From assembly GCA_003563895.1 (NCBI GenBank), contig PWTK01000105.1, positions 15,129-79,128 of the forward strand: DNA of 64,000 nucleotides, in the 5' to 3' direction. This document shows, piece by piece, positions 20,872-29,465 of the stretch (the first letter of the stretch is position 1; every line of letters starts with the position of its first letter). The notes below the pieces were generated by a model, which worked only from the letters and a program-made list of their open reading frames with translations, was not told the DNA's origin and did no database searches. The translations under genes and the position numbers were made by a program. The DNA is from Syntrophomonadaceae bacterium (GTDB lineage: Bacteria; Bacillota; Dethiobacteria; DTU022; UBA8154).

Positions 20872-21306
20872 CTGTTGGTTGGGGGGTTGACATATAAGGT
20901 CATTGGGGGCAATTGTGGGGACACCTCAAAAAATGGAACCTCCCAAAATGGTTTTCCGGGGACATGCAAAAATTAAACTCCCGATTTTCATTCAGCTCTG
21001 CCCCTTCCCTCCACGATCTACCTCATCATCGCTTCGAAAGCTTGCGCCCTGGCGATCTTGTAATCTGATTACCAGCTTATCAAGAACTCCATTTTACAAA
21101 CCTTGTGATATGCCGTTAAACAGATCATCAGCGCATAATCTTGTGAGGCCAATCTTGCTAGCCATGTTTTGAAAAACGTGTGTAGATTCCTGAAGATCAT
21201 GCGGGAAGAGCGCTCCTCAACCCGCAACCTTTTAAATACCCGCAAGCGGCAGTTTGTAACTGTCACTGTTCGACCCCTGAGACCTTAGAAAGCTGCCGCC
21301 CGTTGG

Positions 21307-22071
21307 CTAGCGGCTGCTTGATTCCTTCTTTTTCATCCGCTGGCGGCGCTTTTTCATCCTCTGGCGGCACTTTTCTGAGCAGTAATCCTTCCTGGGAAGC
21401 GGCACCGGTTTGTCGCAATCCTCCGCCATACAGATGGAAAGGTTCATAAAGGAAACTTCCTGGAATAGCCACTGTAAAAAGGCCGCAGCAAGCGCCCCGG
21501 GGGGATATATCGTTATCGTCGCCATCGGATGTACGATCCTGTCACGTTCCGGAATGGGCAGGGAGACCAGGGAACCGAAAAGATCCTCCACGATGTCGGT
21601 TACAGCCTCCCGTGCGGCAATTAACAGTTCATCATTGTTTTGAGGGTAACCATAATACAGGCTCCCGTCTTTGTTAAACCTTGGCCAGGAAGGCCATCTT
21701 ATGCAAATATCTGTCTCGTCCCCCCAAAGATAAATTAACTCCCCAATATTTCCGTGCTCGTCAACACTTTTTTGTTTGCCTTCTTTGAACAGTTCCCACA
21801 GCCTGGAAGTTTTTCGGGTTTTTATGTCGCGAACCATCCCTGTTATTTCGCGAAACCAGTTTAAATAATGCTTTATCAGCCGATAATCCTCTTCCCTCTC
21901 GCTGCTGAATTCATGAGACCGAAGGCGAAAAGTTCCGAGGCGGCCGTATTTCGCATAAAAAAGACGGATTGCTTTCTTGCTGTGCCTGTCAAAATCATCA
22001 GAAAGCTGCCGCACTTCTTTCCAAAAGCTCTCATTTCTTTCTGTTGGGTTAAACAGATCGGGGAAATGCAC
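21307..22071 (-). CDS. Hypothetical protein with C-terminal CGNR-like zinc finger
   Basis: CMAEDC...YCSEKCRQRMKKRRQR C-terminus. Confidence 0.7.
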   Translation of the reverse strand: MHFPDLFNPTERNESFWKEVRQLSDDFDRHSKKAIRLFYAKYGRLGTFRLRSHEFSSEREEDYRLIKHYLNWFREITGMVRDIKTRKTSRLWELFKEGKQKSVDEHGNIGELIYLWGDETDICIRWPSWPRFNKDGSLYYGYPQNNDELLIAAREAVTDIVEDLFGSLVSLPIPERDRIVHPMATITIYPPGALAAAFLQWLFQEVSFMNLSICMAEDCDKPVPLPRKDYCSEKCRQRMKKRRQRMKKKESSSR

Positions 22072-22226
22072 GTCAGCGTTTCTTTTAATGCATGTAATTA
22101 TGTTTCCGTCAAATGATATCTCTTCCCATGGAATGGGGAGATATGCAATTTGAACGTACAGACGGCCGATGCTTGCCAGTGCTGCCCCCTCCTCGTCCCT
22201 TTATTTTGTCCCCCTGCCGTCCCCTA

Positions 22227-23519
22227 TCAGCCGCTGTTATCATAACAGGCAGCAAACACTTCCAGGAAAGCCCTTTGCATGTCTTCTTTGTGTCCCAGGC
22301 AGTGGCAACCGCCGCACTGTGTTTTCAGGGCATGAATCAGCCCGGGGTGCTTGGCATAAATCAGTCGAAAGGCCTCGCCAACAGCGTTATCGGCAACCAT
22401 ATCGTTTTGAGCCAGCAAAAGCAGCGAATGATATACCCGCCTGGTCCTGCCGTATTCATCTCCTTGGCGCGGTGAATTGATCCCTTTGATAATGGAGGAA
22501 AGGGATTCTTTAAAAACATTTCCCACGGGATACGCGTGGTTCCCGCACGTGTAGACGATCCCCTCGTGATCCACAAAGAGGTCGCCGTGATATTTCCCGT
22601 GATCATAGGCGTCTTTCCTGCTCATAAAATGGGGGCACTTTAAATCGAACAGGCCCATCCCCGCTTTGTTTTCCAGCTTTTCGTCACCAATTATTGCTGC
22701 ATCTCCAATACGGGAGACGCCCAGCCGCCGCAAGAACAGCTTTCCCTTCTCGTTCCCATAAACCCCCGCATTTGGCGGCACTTTTTTTTCAAATCGCAAT
22801 CCGACCCGTCCCATCACATCCTCAAGAATTCGATTCGTCGGGTCGTCCCACAACCCGCTTGATGTGGCTGTTACCCTCAATTGATAACCGATGGCGTCCA
22901 ACTCATGCCTTTTTCCAAGGCCTTCTTCCAGGCATGTGCCGATGGCTTTCGAGACAACTGCGGCCGGTACGGAATTGGCAACATTTTCATTTGGGCTTTT
23001 TAGGGTGGTGTGGTTGCTGTCGACGCTGAAATATATCCGCACGAGGCCCGCTTCCTTTAAAGAGCGCACAATTTCCCCGGCTGTGCTGTCGAACAGGCCG
23101 GCCCGTTCAAGTATTTCCCGGTTCAACGCTTTGTATTCCCCGTGAGCCCCCATAAGCCCCCCGTTGGTCAGCACGGTAGGGATCAAACCCTTGGAGCATG
23201 AGTATTCGATAAGTTCTAACAAGCTTTTATACTCAATGAATGGTTCCCCCCCTGTCCAGTATGTCCCCACCATTCCCAGGGCAGAGGCTTCGTCTACCAG
23301 CGCCCTCATTTTATCGATGGTGAGCAGGCGCTGCCGGGGTTTTCGGGATCTGGTGGTTTGATTGAGACAAAACTGGCAGTCATTATTGCAGTCGTGGGTC
23401 AGGGAGATTTTAAGCTGTGCTGTTGGTCGAAAAATGTCACCCAATTTGCTTGCACTCCAGTCGTTTTCCTTTTCGAAGTTTACATAAGCGTGAGAATAAC
23501 TCAGGCCCTTAAGTCTCAA
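22227..23519 (-). CDS. Radical SAM protein with SPASM/twitch-like C-terminus (start uncertain)
   Basis: CNNDCQFC, TGGEP, TNG, VDHEGIVYTC...VGNV, CGGCHC; first codons overlap a family B repeat. Confidence 0.85.
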   Translation of the reverse strand: MRLKGLSYSHAYVNFEKENDWSASKLGDIFRPTAQLKISLTHDCNNDCQFCLNQTTRSRKPRQRLLTIDKMRALVDEASALGMVGTYWTGGEPFIEYKSLLELIEYSCSKGLIPTVLTNGGLMGAHGEYKALNREILERAGLFDSTAGEIVRSLKEAGLVRIYFSVDSNHTTLKSPNENVANSVPAAVVSKAIGTCLEEGLGKRHELDAIGYQLRVTATSSGLWDDPTNRILEDVMGRVGLRFEKKVPPNAGVYGNEKGKLFLRRLGVSRIGDAAIIGDEKLENKAGMGLFDLKCPHFMSRKDAYDHGKYHGDLFVDHEGIVYTCGNHAYPVGNVFKESLSSIIKGINSPRQGDEYGRTRRVYHSLLLLAQNDMVADNAVGEAFRLIYAKHPGLIHALKTQCGGCHCLGHKEDMQRAFLEVFAACYDNSG

Positions 23520-23650
23520 GTTCTTCGCAAATTTGGCAAAACCATTTCAAGCGATCGTGTGAACACCGATGTTTACTTTGTTTAGAAGAGGTCATTTTGA
23601 GAACCGTATTTTATGGCACTGGCTATGTCCAGGTTGGGATTGCAAATATG
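23504..23650 (+). repeat. Dispersed repeat family B, copy 2
   Basis: GGCCCTTAAGTCTCAAG...GCAAATTTGGCAAAAC...ATTTTATGGCACTGGCTATG shared with 19559-19722. Confidence 0.65.
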
Positions 23651-23982
23651 ATTTCACCCCGGTTGGTTTTCTCCTCCCCTTTGACCCCCCACCCCCTTTG
23701 CGCCACAGGGCCCGGATGGTTGTTGAAACGGCTGATCGTTGTGCAGGCCGAGAGGTATGACCAAAACGCTTTCCGTTTAGAATATTATTTCGTTAATCCA
23801 GGAGTTTTTCCTGCTCCAACATGATTCTAAAGAACTATTTCAGGCGGTTCTTTCTGCCGCCCGTTCTTCTCCTTATATATGTATTTAAAAATATTTTTCC
23901 GGCAAAAATATCTTTGCAGGAATTCGCTTGTATATAGAGAACTACTTTTTAATTAATAAAATTTATCCTATAAATAGAGAAG

Positions 23983-25794
23983 GTGAGTCAGATGACCGTT
24001 AGTTATGTAAATGGAGAGCGAATCTATTACGCTTTTTTGGCCGGGTCCAGGCAGGTCGCCCGCTATAAAGACTTGTTGAACCGTATCAATGTTTTTCCTG
24101 TTTTCGACAGCGACACGGGCAATAATCTGTCTGCCACTTTGAACTACATGGTGGACAGCGTCAGGCCTTCTCCGTGCGCGGGCGAAACTGTCCGTTCACT
24201 GGCTGACGCTTCCTTGAACGGAGCCCGGGGCAACTCGGGCATCATTCTGGCCCAGTTCATTAACGGTCTGTCCCGGGAAATTGGCGATCAAAAGCGTCTC
24301 ACCACCCGCGCTTTCGGGGATTCCATGGTGCGTGCCGTGCCCTACGCGTACGGTGCTCTTTCCAGGCCGGTGGAAGGGACCATGCTGACGGTTCTCAGGG
24401 AGTGGGCAGAAGCGGTGAACAACTGGGGGAAAGAAACGAATGACTTCGGAGAAGTCCTCCTGAATTCCCTGGAACGGGCCCGGGTTTCCCTGAAAGATAC
24501 CCGGGAAAAGCTGAAGGTGCTGAAAGATGCAGCTGTGGTCGATGCCGGCGCCCAGGGTTTCGTTCTTTTCCTGGAAGGGGTCGCCGAATTATTCAAAACC
24601 GGGGATATTAAGTCCCTTATGCGGGAAAAAACCCCACCGCTGGCCCTGCAGGAGGAACCCCTGCTGGAGGGAATGCGTGGAGACATGGACTATCGTTTCT
24701 GTTCTGAAGCGCTTCTTACGGGAAAGAACATGGATCACCAGCTGGTCCGAAATACTGTTGAGCCGCTCGGTGACTCCTTTATTATCGCCGGAACCCCGGA
24801 AAAAGCCAAAATTCATATCCACACCAACCAGCCGGAGAAATTCTTTTTCAAATTGATCAGCTTCGGGTCTGTCATCAACCAGAAAGTCGACGATATGTTG
24901 AAACAGTACCAGGTCGTCCATGAACGCAGGCACGATATCGCCCTGGTGACGGATTCCATTGCCGATCTTCCCCAGGAAGTGATCGACAACCACCAGATCC
25001 ACGTGATCCCTGTTAACCTGGTAATCGAGGGGTCCAATTTTCTGGACAAAATCTCCGTCAAGCCCGACCAGATTTACTCCATCCTCGACCAGGTTAAAGA
25101 ATATCCCACCTCCTCCCAGCCTTCCTTAAATGCGGTGCAGCGGCAGCTGTCATTTTTGTGCAGCCACTACCAATCCGTCATCATGATCTCCGTTTCCAGG
25201 GAGTTGAGCGGCACCTGGAATGTATTTAAAAGCGCAGCCGAAACGCTGCAGGAGAAGGGGAAAAAGATTTCGGTCATCAACTCCAAGCTGAACTCGGGAG
25301 CCCAGGGTTTGCTGGTGATGGAGGCGGCGGAGCTGATTGCAGCCGGAAGGGAACACGATGAAATTGTGCGGATCATCGAGCAAATAATACCGACAATCAG
25401 GATCTTCGTCAGCGTAGCCACTTTTAAGTACATGGTGCGGGGAGGGCGGGTCAGCCCGATGAAGGGGTTCATCGCCAACCTGTTAAACGTAAAGCCCATA
25501 GTCTCCCTGGATGAAGAGGGGCGCGGCCTCGCTTTTGATAAAGCCTTAACCCAGCGGACCAACACGAATAAGATCCGGAACATTGTTAAGTCCATCCAGG
25601 ATGAGCGCTCCGTGAACAAATACTGTATCGTGCATGCAGGAGCCCCCGAGAAAGCTTTTTCTTACCAGCGGCTCTTTGCCCGGCTGCTGGGGAAGCAGCC
25701 GGAATACGTGGTGGAAATCTCCCCCATTGTGGCCTTAAGCGCCGGCCTGGGAGCGGTAGCCGTCTGCTTGATGGAAGATGCAGAAGCGGTATAA
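23983..25794 (+). CDS. DAK2 (FakA-like) - DegV fusion, fatty-acid kinase/binding protein
   Basis: INVFPV.D.DTG.N, GARGNSG, VVDAGAQG, IHIHTN; DegV motifs TDS.ADL, SSQPS, S..LSGT, RGGR. Confidence 0.88.
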   Translation: MSQMTVSYVNGERIYYAFLAGSRQVARYKDLLNRINVFPVFDSDTGNNLSATLNYMVDSVRPSPCAGETVRSLADASLNGARGNSGIILAQFINGLSREIGDQKRLTTRAFGDSMVRAVPYAYGALSRPVEGTMLTVLREWAEAVNNWGKETNDFGEVLLNSLERARVSLKDTREKLKVLKDAAVVDAGAQGFVLFLEGVAELFKTGDIKSLMREKTPPLALQEEPLLEGMRGDMDYRFCSEALLTGKNMDHQLVRNTVEPLGDSFIIAGTPEKAKIHIHTNQPEKFFFKLISFGSVINQKVDDMLKQYQVVHERRHDIALVTDSIADLPQEVIDNHQIHVIPVNLVIEGSNFLDKISVKPDQIYSILDQVKEYPTSSQPSLNAVQRQLSFLCSHYQSVIMISVSRELSGTWNVFKSAAETLQEKGKKISVINSKLNSGAQGLLVMEAAELIAAGREHDEIVRIIEQIIPTIRIFVSVATFKYMVRGGRVSPMKGFIANLLNVKPIVSLDEEGRGLAFDKALTQRTNTNKIRNIVKSIQDERSVNKYCIVHAGAPEKAFSYQRLFARLLGKQPEYVVEISPIVALSAGLGAVAVCLMEDAEAV

Positions 25795-25915
25795 ACTGCA
25801 CGGCGCAAACATTCCCCGGCATTCAGAAATATTCGGACCCTTTCGGACGTGATGGGACAAAGCTCCTGCACGGCAATGCAACATCTTCCAACGGAAACTT
25901 ACAATAATCATATAA

Positions 25916-26067
25916 CATGATTATCAACTTAACTCAGGGAATTCTTGTTGAGTGGCCCCCCAAATACAGCTTTTTAGCAGATCAAGGCCTTTTTGTAAGT
26001 GTGACTGTTTAAAACCTCTTTTTTGCGGGGCTCTTTCATTGTCATCCTGAGCAAACCCGATAGTCTG
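25916..26067 (-). mobile_element. MITE-like element family A, copy 3
   Basis: Reverse copy with a 1-nt deletion; flanks ATCATATAA / ATAATATAA. Confidence 0.82.
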
Positions 26068-26166
26068 ATAATATAATATGGCGTCTCCATTAACCCGGAA
26101 ACGCGGCATGTTCTTACCCCGAGAGAATATCTTGCAACGAGGCTCAATCAGGATGGGGGTAGTTGT

Positions 26167-26964
26167 GTGGTCGAACTTTTTTTGCAGGCAGCAGCAGTCG
26201 TTTTCATTTATTTCCTGGCCTTTTTCCTGGTAGCCCAGGTTATTCGAAACAATTCCATCGTGGACATGGGTTGGGGTGCCGGATTTGTCGTTGTGACAAT
26301 GGCAACCCTTTTCAGTCAGGGTGCCTTCGCCGAGAGAAATCTGGTCCTGGCTCTCCTGGTAACCATATGGGGCGGAAGGCTCACCTACCACATTGTCCGG
26401 CGGAACTGGGGCAAACCGGAAGATTTTCGCTACGCCAAATGGCGGGAAGAATGGGGCCGCTGGCTTGTGCCCCGGGCCTTTTTCCAGGTTTTCATGCTGC
26501 AAGGCGCGTTGATGCTGATCATCGCGTACCCCATTATCCTCATCAACGCTTTCCCGCAGCCGGGCCTACGCTACCTGGACTTTCTGGGGGTTTTGGTCTG
26601 GGTCATCGGCTTTTATTTTGAAGCCGTTGGGGACAAACAGTTGGCCCAATTCAAACAGGATCCGGCCAACAAGGGACATGTCATCAAAACAGGGCTCTGG
26701 AAATACACGCGCCATCCCAATTATTTCGGCGAGGCCACCATGTGGTGGGGCATATTTTTGCTGGCGCTCTCTGTGCCCACGGGATGGAGCGCTGTCATCA
26801 GCCCGCTGACCATTACGGGCATGCTGCTTTTTGTGTCAGGGGTGCCCATGCTGGAGAAAAAATACCAGGACAATGCCGAGTTCCAGGCCTATGCCCGCGT
26901 CACCAGCAAATTTTTCCCCTGGTTTCCCCGGAAGTCCTCTGGCCAGGAGGGAGGGAGCGATTGA
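26167..26964 (+). CDS. DUF1295-family membrane protein (steroid 5-alpha reductase-like)
   Basis: [39 protein letters not shown]. Confidence 0.9.
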   Translation: MVELFLQAAAVVFIYFLAFFLVAQVIRNNSIVDMGWGAGFVVVTMATLFSQGAFAERNLVLALLVTIWGGRLTYHIVRRNWGKPEDFRYAKWREEWGRWLVPRAFFQVFMLQGALMLIIAYPIILINAFPQPGLRYLDFLGVLVWVIGFYFEAVGDKQLAQFKQDPANKGHVIKTGLWKYTRHPNYFGEATMWWGIFLLALSVPTGWSAVISPLTITGMLLFVSGVPMLEKKYQDNAEFQAYARVTSKFFPWFPRKSSGQEGGSD

Positions 26965-27362
26965 TGCAGTTCATAAAGCTCTACCTGGTGGTGCTGGGAG
27001 CTTTTTTCCTGATCGACATGGTCTGGCTGGGCCTGGTGGCCAGAAATTTTTACCGGGACCAGCTGCGTTTTTTGATGAAAACAAATATAAACTGGGGCGC
27101 CGCCATTGTCTTTTACCTGCTTTTCGTGGCCGGGCTCGTCTATTTTGTGGTGTCTCCCTCCCTTACCGACGGAAGCTGGCTCACCGCGCTGCTGGCAGGG
27201 GCTTTTTTCGGCCTTGTCACTTATGCCACCTATGATTTAACCAACCTGGCAACCCTCAAGGACTGGCCCCTCAAGGTTACGCTGGTTGACCTCGCCTGGG
27301 GTGCCGTGCTCTCCGGAACTCTTTCTGCCATCGGTTTTTTCTACGGGAAAAATATGGCGTGA
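26964..27362 (+). CDS. DUF2177-family membrane protein
   Basis: D.VWLG, YATYDLTNLATLKDWP, VDLAWG; ATG overlaps the upstream stop codon. Confidence 0.88.
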   Translation: MQFIKLYLVVLGAFFLIDMVWLGLVARNFYRDQLRFLMKTNINWGAAIVFYLLFVAGLVYFVVSPSLTDGSWLTALLAGAFFGLVTYATYDLTNLATLKDWPLKVTLVDLAWGAVLSGTLSAIGFFYGKNMA

Positions 27363-27695
27363 AGCCTTTGCGGTGAATCAGCCATTGCAAGATTTGTTAG
27401 TTTGTTTCTCGGTTCGCTGCATGCCGGATAAAATTTTTTTTGCCGCGCCTTCGCAGCTCCCCCCTTTGTCCCCGGGAGCAGACCGCTGTCACGAAAGCTG
27501 AGCCGGAAAGAGATCCGGAGTTTTGTTTGCCACAAAAATCCGGGTTGTTTAACAGGCATGAGCTCGCCTCTCAGGCAGCGCTCGTGTTTTTTTGTGGGAT
27601 CTAAAAAAAGGGGGGGGCGTCCTGCAGCCGGTGTTTTCTTTTCAGGGTAAGCAGCCGGCTTTTTAAAATAATCGCTGGAAGATATCGAGAGGATA

Positions 27696-27704
27696 TGCTA
27701 TAAT
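27696..27704 (+). promoter_or_regulatory. Extended -10 promoter candidate for the ggt operon
   Basis: TGcTATAAT about 115 bp upstream of the ggt start. Confidence 0.45.
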
Positions 27705-27818
27705 GGGTTAGCTATTTTAATTATTCACCGCGATACTCAGCCTTTATCCTCTATAATCGCATATTTCAGCCCTTAGATGCCATGCATCCTATTCTAAAAT
27801 TGGAACAGGGATGGAATC

Positions 27819-29465
27819 ATGAAAACCTCCACTACACACCAGGCAAAAAAGGCCTCTACGGCCATCAGTCGCTGCGGCATGATCTCTACGGCCTCAGCTG
27901 CTGCCACCGAGGCCGGCGTAAAAATGCTGAAGCTGGGAGGCAACGCTGTTGACGCTGCCGCAGCGGCTGCATTTTGCCTCGGAGTGACCGAACCCCAGGC
28001 ATCAGGGCTTGGGGGGCAAAGCATGATCCTGCTTTACCGCCAGGGAGCAGATCCGGAGGCCCTTACCCTGGACGGTTCATCGCGTGCCCCCTACGGCATT
28101 GATCCGCAGTATACGCCGGCCCAAAAGATAAAAGTGGGGATCCAGGCCACCACCGTTCCCTCCACACCGGCAGCGCTTGGCTATTTGTTGGAAACTTACG
28201 GCACCTTTCCTCTCGACCGCGTCCTGGAGCCAGCTATTGAAGCAGCGGAGAAAGGTTACAAAATTACGGCGCTCCAGCATCGGCTGCTGGCCCGCGAAGC
28301 CTCAAAGCTCCTGCAAGATGAACAGGTAAAGTCCGTTTTTTTCAAAAACGGCCAACCCCTGAACGCCAGGGAAACCGCTGTCCAGCCTCAACTTGCAGAC
28401 TGCCTGAAGCGCATCTCCAGGGAGGGGTGGCGGGATTTCTACGTGGGGGTGATTGCAAGAGAAATCATCAAGGATATGGAATGCCGGGGGGGCTTGATTT
28501 CCCAGGCCGACCTCAACCAGATCCCCTATCCCGTTCAGAGGGACGTTTTAAAGGGCTGCTACCGCGGCAGGGATGTTTACACCTTCCCACCGCCGGGAGC
28601 GGGGTGGGCGCTTGTCCATATCCTTAAGACCCTGGAGGCGTTCGAGCCATGGGAAGTGGTGCCGCCGTCACCCTTGGCGCCGTTAATTCTGGCAATGGTC
28701 TTCAGGGCCGCCCTGATGTGCCGGGAAAGGATGCCTGTAGACCCGGCGCTTTTTCCACAGGTTTCTCACGAATTGAAACTGGACAGGGCCAGCACCGAGC
28801 AGATCGCTGCCCGCATTCGTGCCGTTCTTTCCTACCGCGATAAAGAAAATTTTTCACCTCCCGGGGCAAGCGGGGAAACAACCCACCTTTCTGCAGCCGA
28901 TGCTTTCGGAAACACCGTAGCGATCACCCAGTCCATCGAGCTGTTGTTCGGCGCCAAGACCATGGCCCGAGGCCTGGGATTCTTTTACAATAATTATATG
29001 AGCGCCTTTCAGTACAAGGACATGATGCACCCCTTCTTTTTACTGCCCGGTGGGCGTCCGTGGAGCAGCGCAGCCCCCACCCTGCTCTTCCAGGACGGCC
29101 GGCCCTTCCTGGCCCTCGGCAGCCCGGGGAGCGAACGCATTTCAACATCACTGGCCCAGGTCATTACGCGGGTCGTGGATGCCGGGCAGGATCTGTGGGC
29201 AGCCATAGAGGCGCCGCGACTGCATGCGGGCAGTTCCGGGAAAGTGCTCATCGAAAAACGTTTTTCCCCGGAGGTAATGGATACCCTGCAGAGAGCAGGT
29301 TTCACGGTTACCACACGGGGAGCTTACAGTTATTTCCTGGGCTGCGTTCAGGCCGTGATGCTGCCGGAGCCCGGAAGAGACTTTTTTTACGGCGTCTCCG
29401 ATCCCCGACGGGACGGTGCTGCGGGAGGCCCCCAATACCTGGAGGAGGTTGAAAAGCAGAATTGA
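27819..29465 (+). CDS. ggt: Gamma-glutamyltransferase family protein (no signal peptide)
   Basis: GGNAVDAA, EPQASGLGG, ETTH (nucleophilic Thr), GSPGS.RI, DPRRDG. Confidence 0.92.
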   Translation: MKTSTTHQAKKASTAISRCGMISTASAAATEAGVKMLKLGGNAVDAAAAAAFCLGVTEPQASGLGGQSMILLYRQGADPEALTLDGSSRAPYGIDPQYTPAQKIKVGIQATTVPSTPAALGYLLETYGTFPLDRVLEPAIEAAEKGYKITALQHRLLAREASKLLQDEQVKSVFFKNGQPLNARETAVQPQLADCLKRISREGWRDFYVGVIAREIIKDMECRGGLISQADLNQIPYPVQRDVLKGCYRGRDVYTFPPPGAGWALVHILKTLEAFEPWEVVPPSPLAPLILAMVFRAALMCRERMPVDPALFPQVSHELKLDRASTEQIAARIRAVLSYRDKENFSPPGASGETTHLSAADAFGNTVAITQSIELLFGAKTMARGLGFFYNNYMSAFQYKDMMHPFFLLPGGRPWSSAAPTLLFQDGRPFLALGSPGSERISTSLAQVITRVVDAGQDLWAAIEAPRLHAGSSGKVLIEKRFSPEVMDTLQRAGFTVTTRGAYSYFLGCVQAVMLPEPGRDFFYGVSDPRRDGAAGGPQYLEEVEKQN

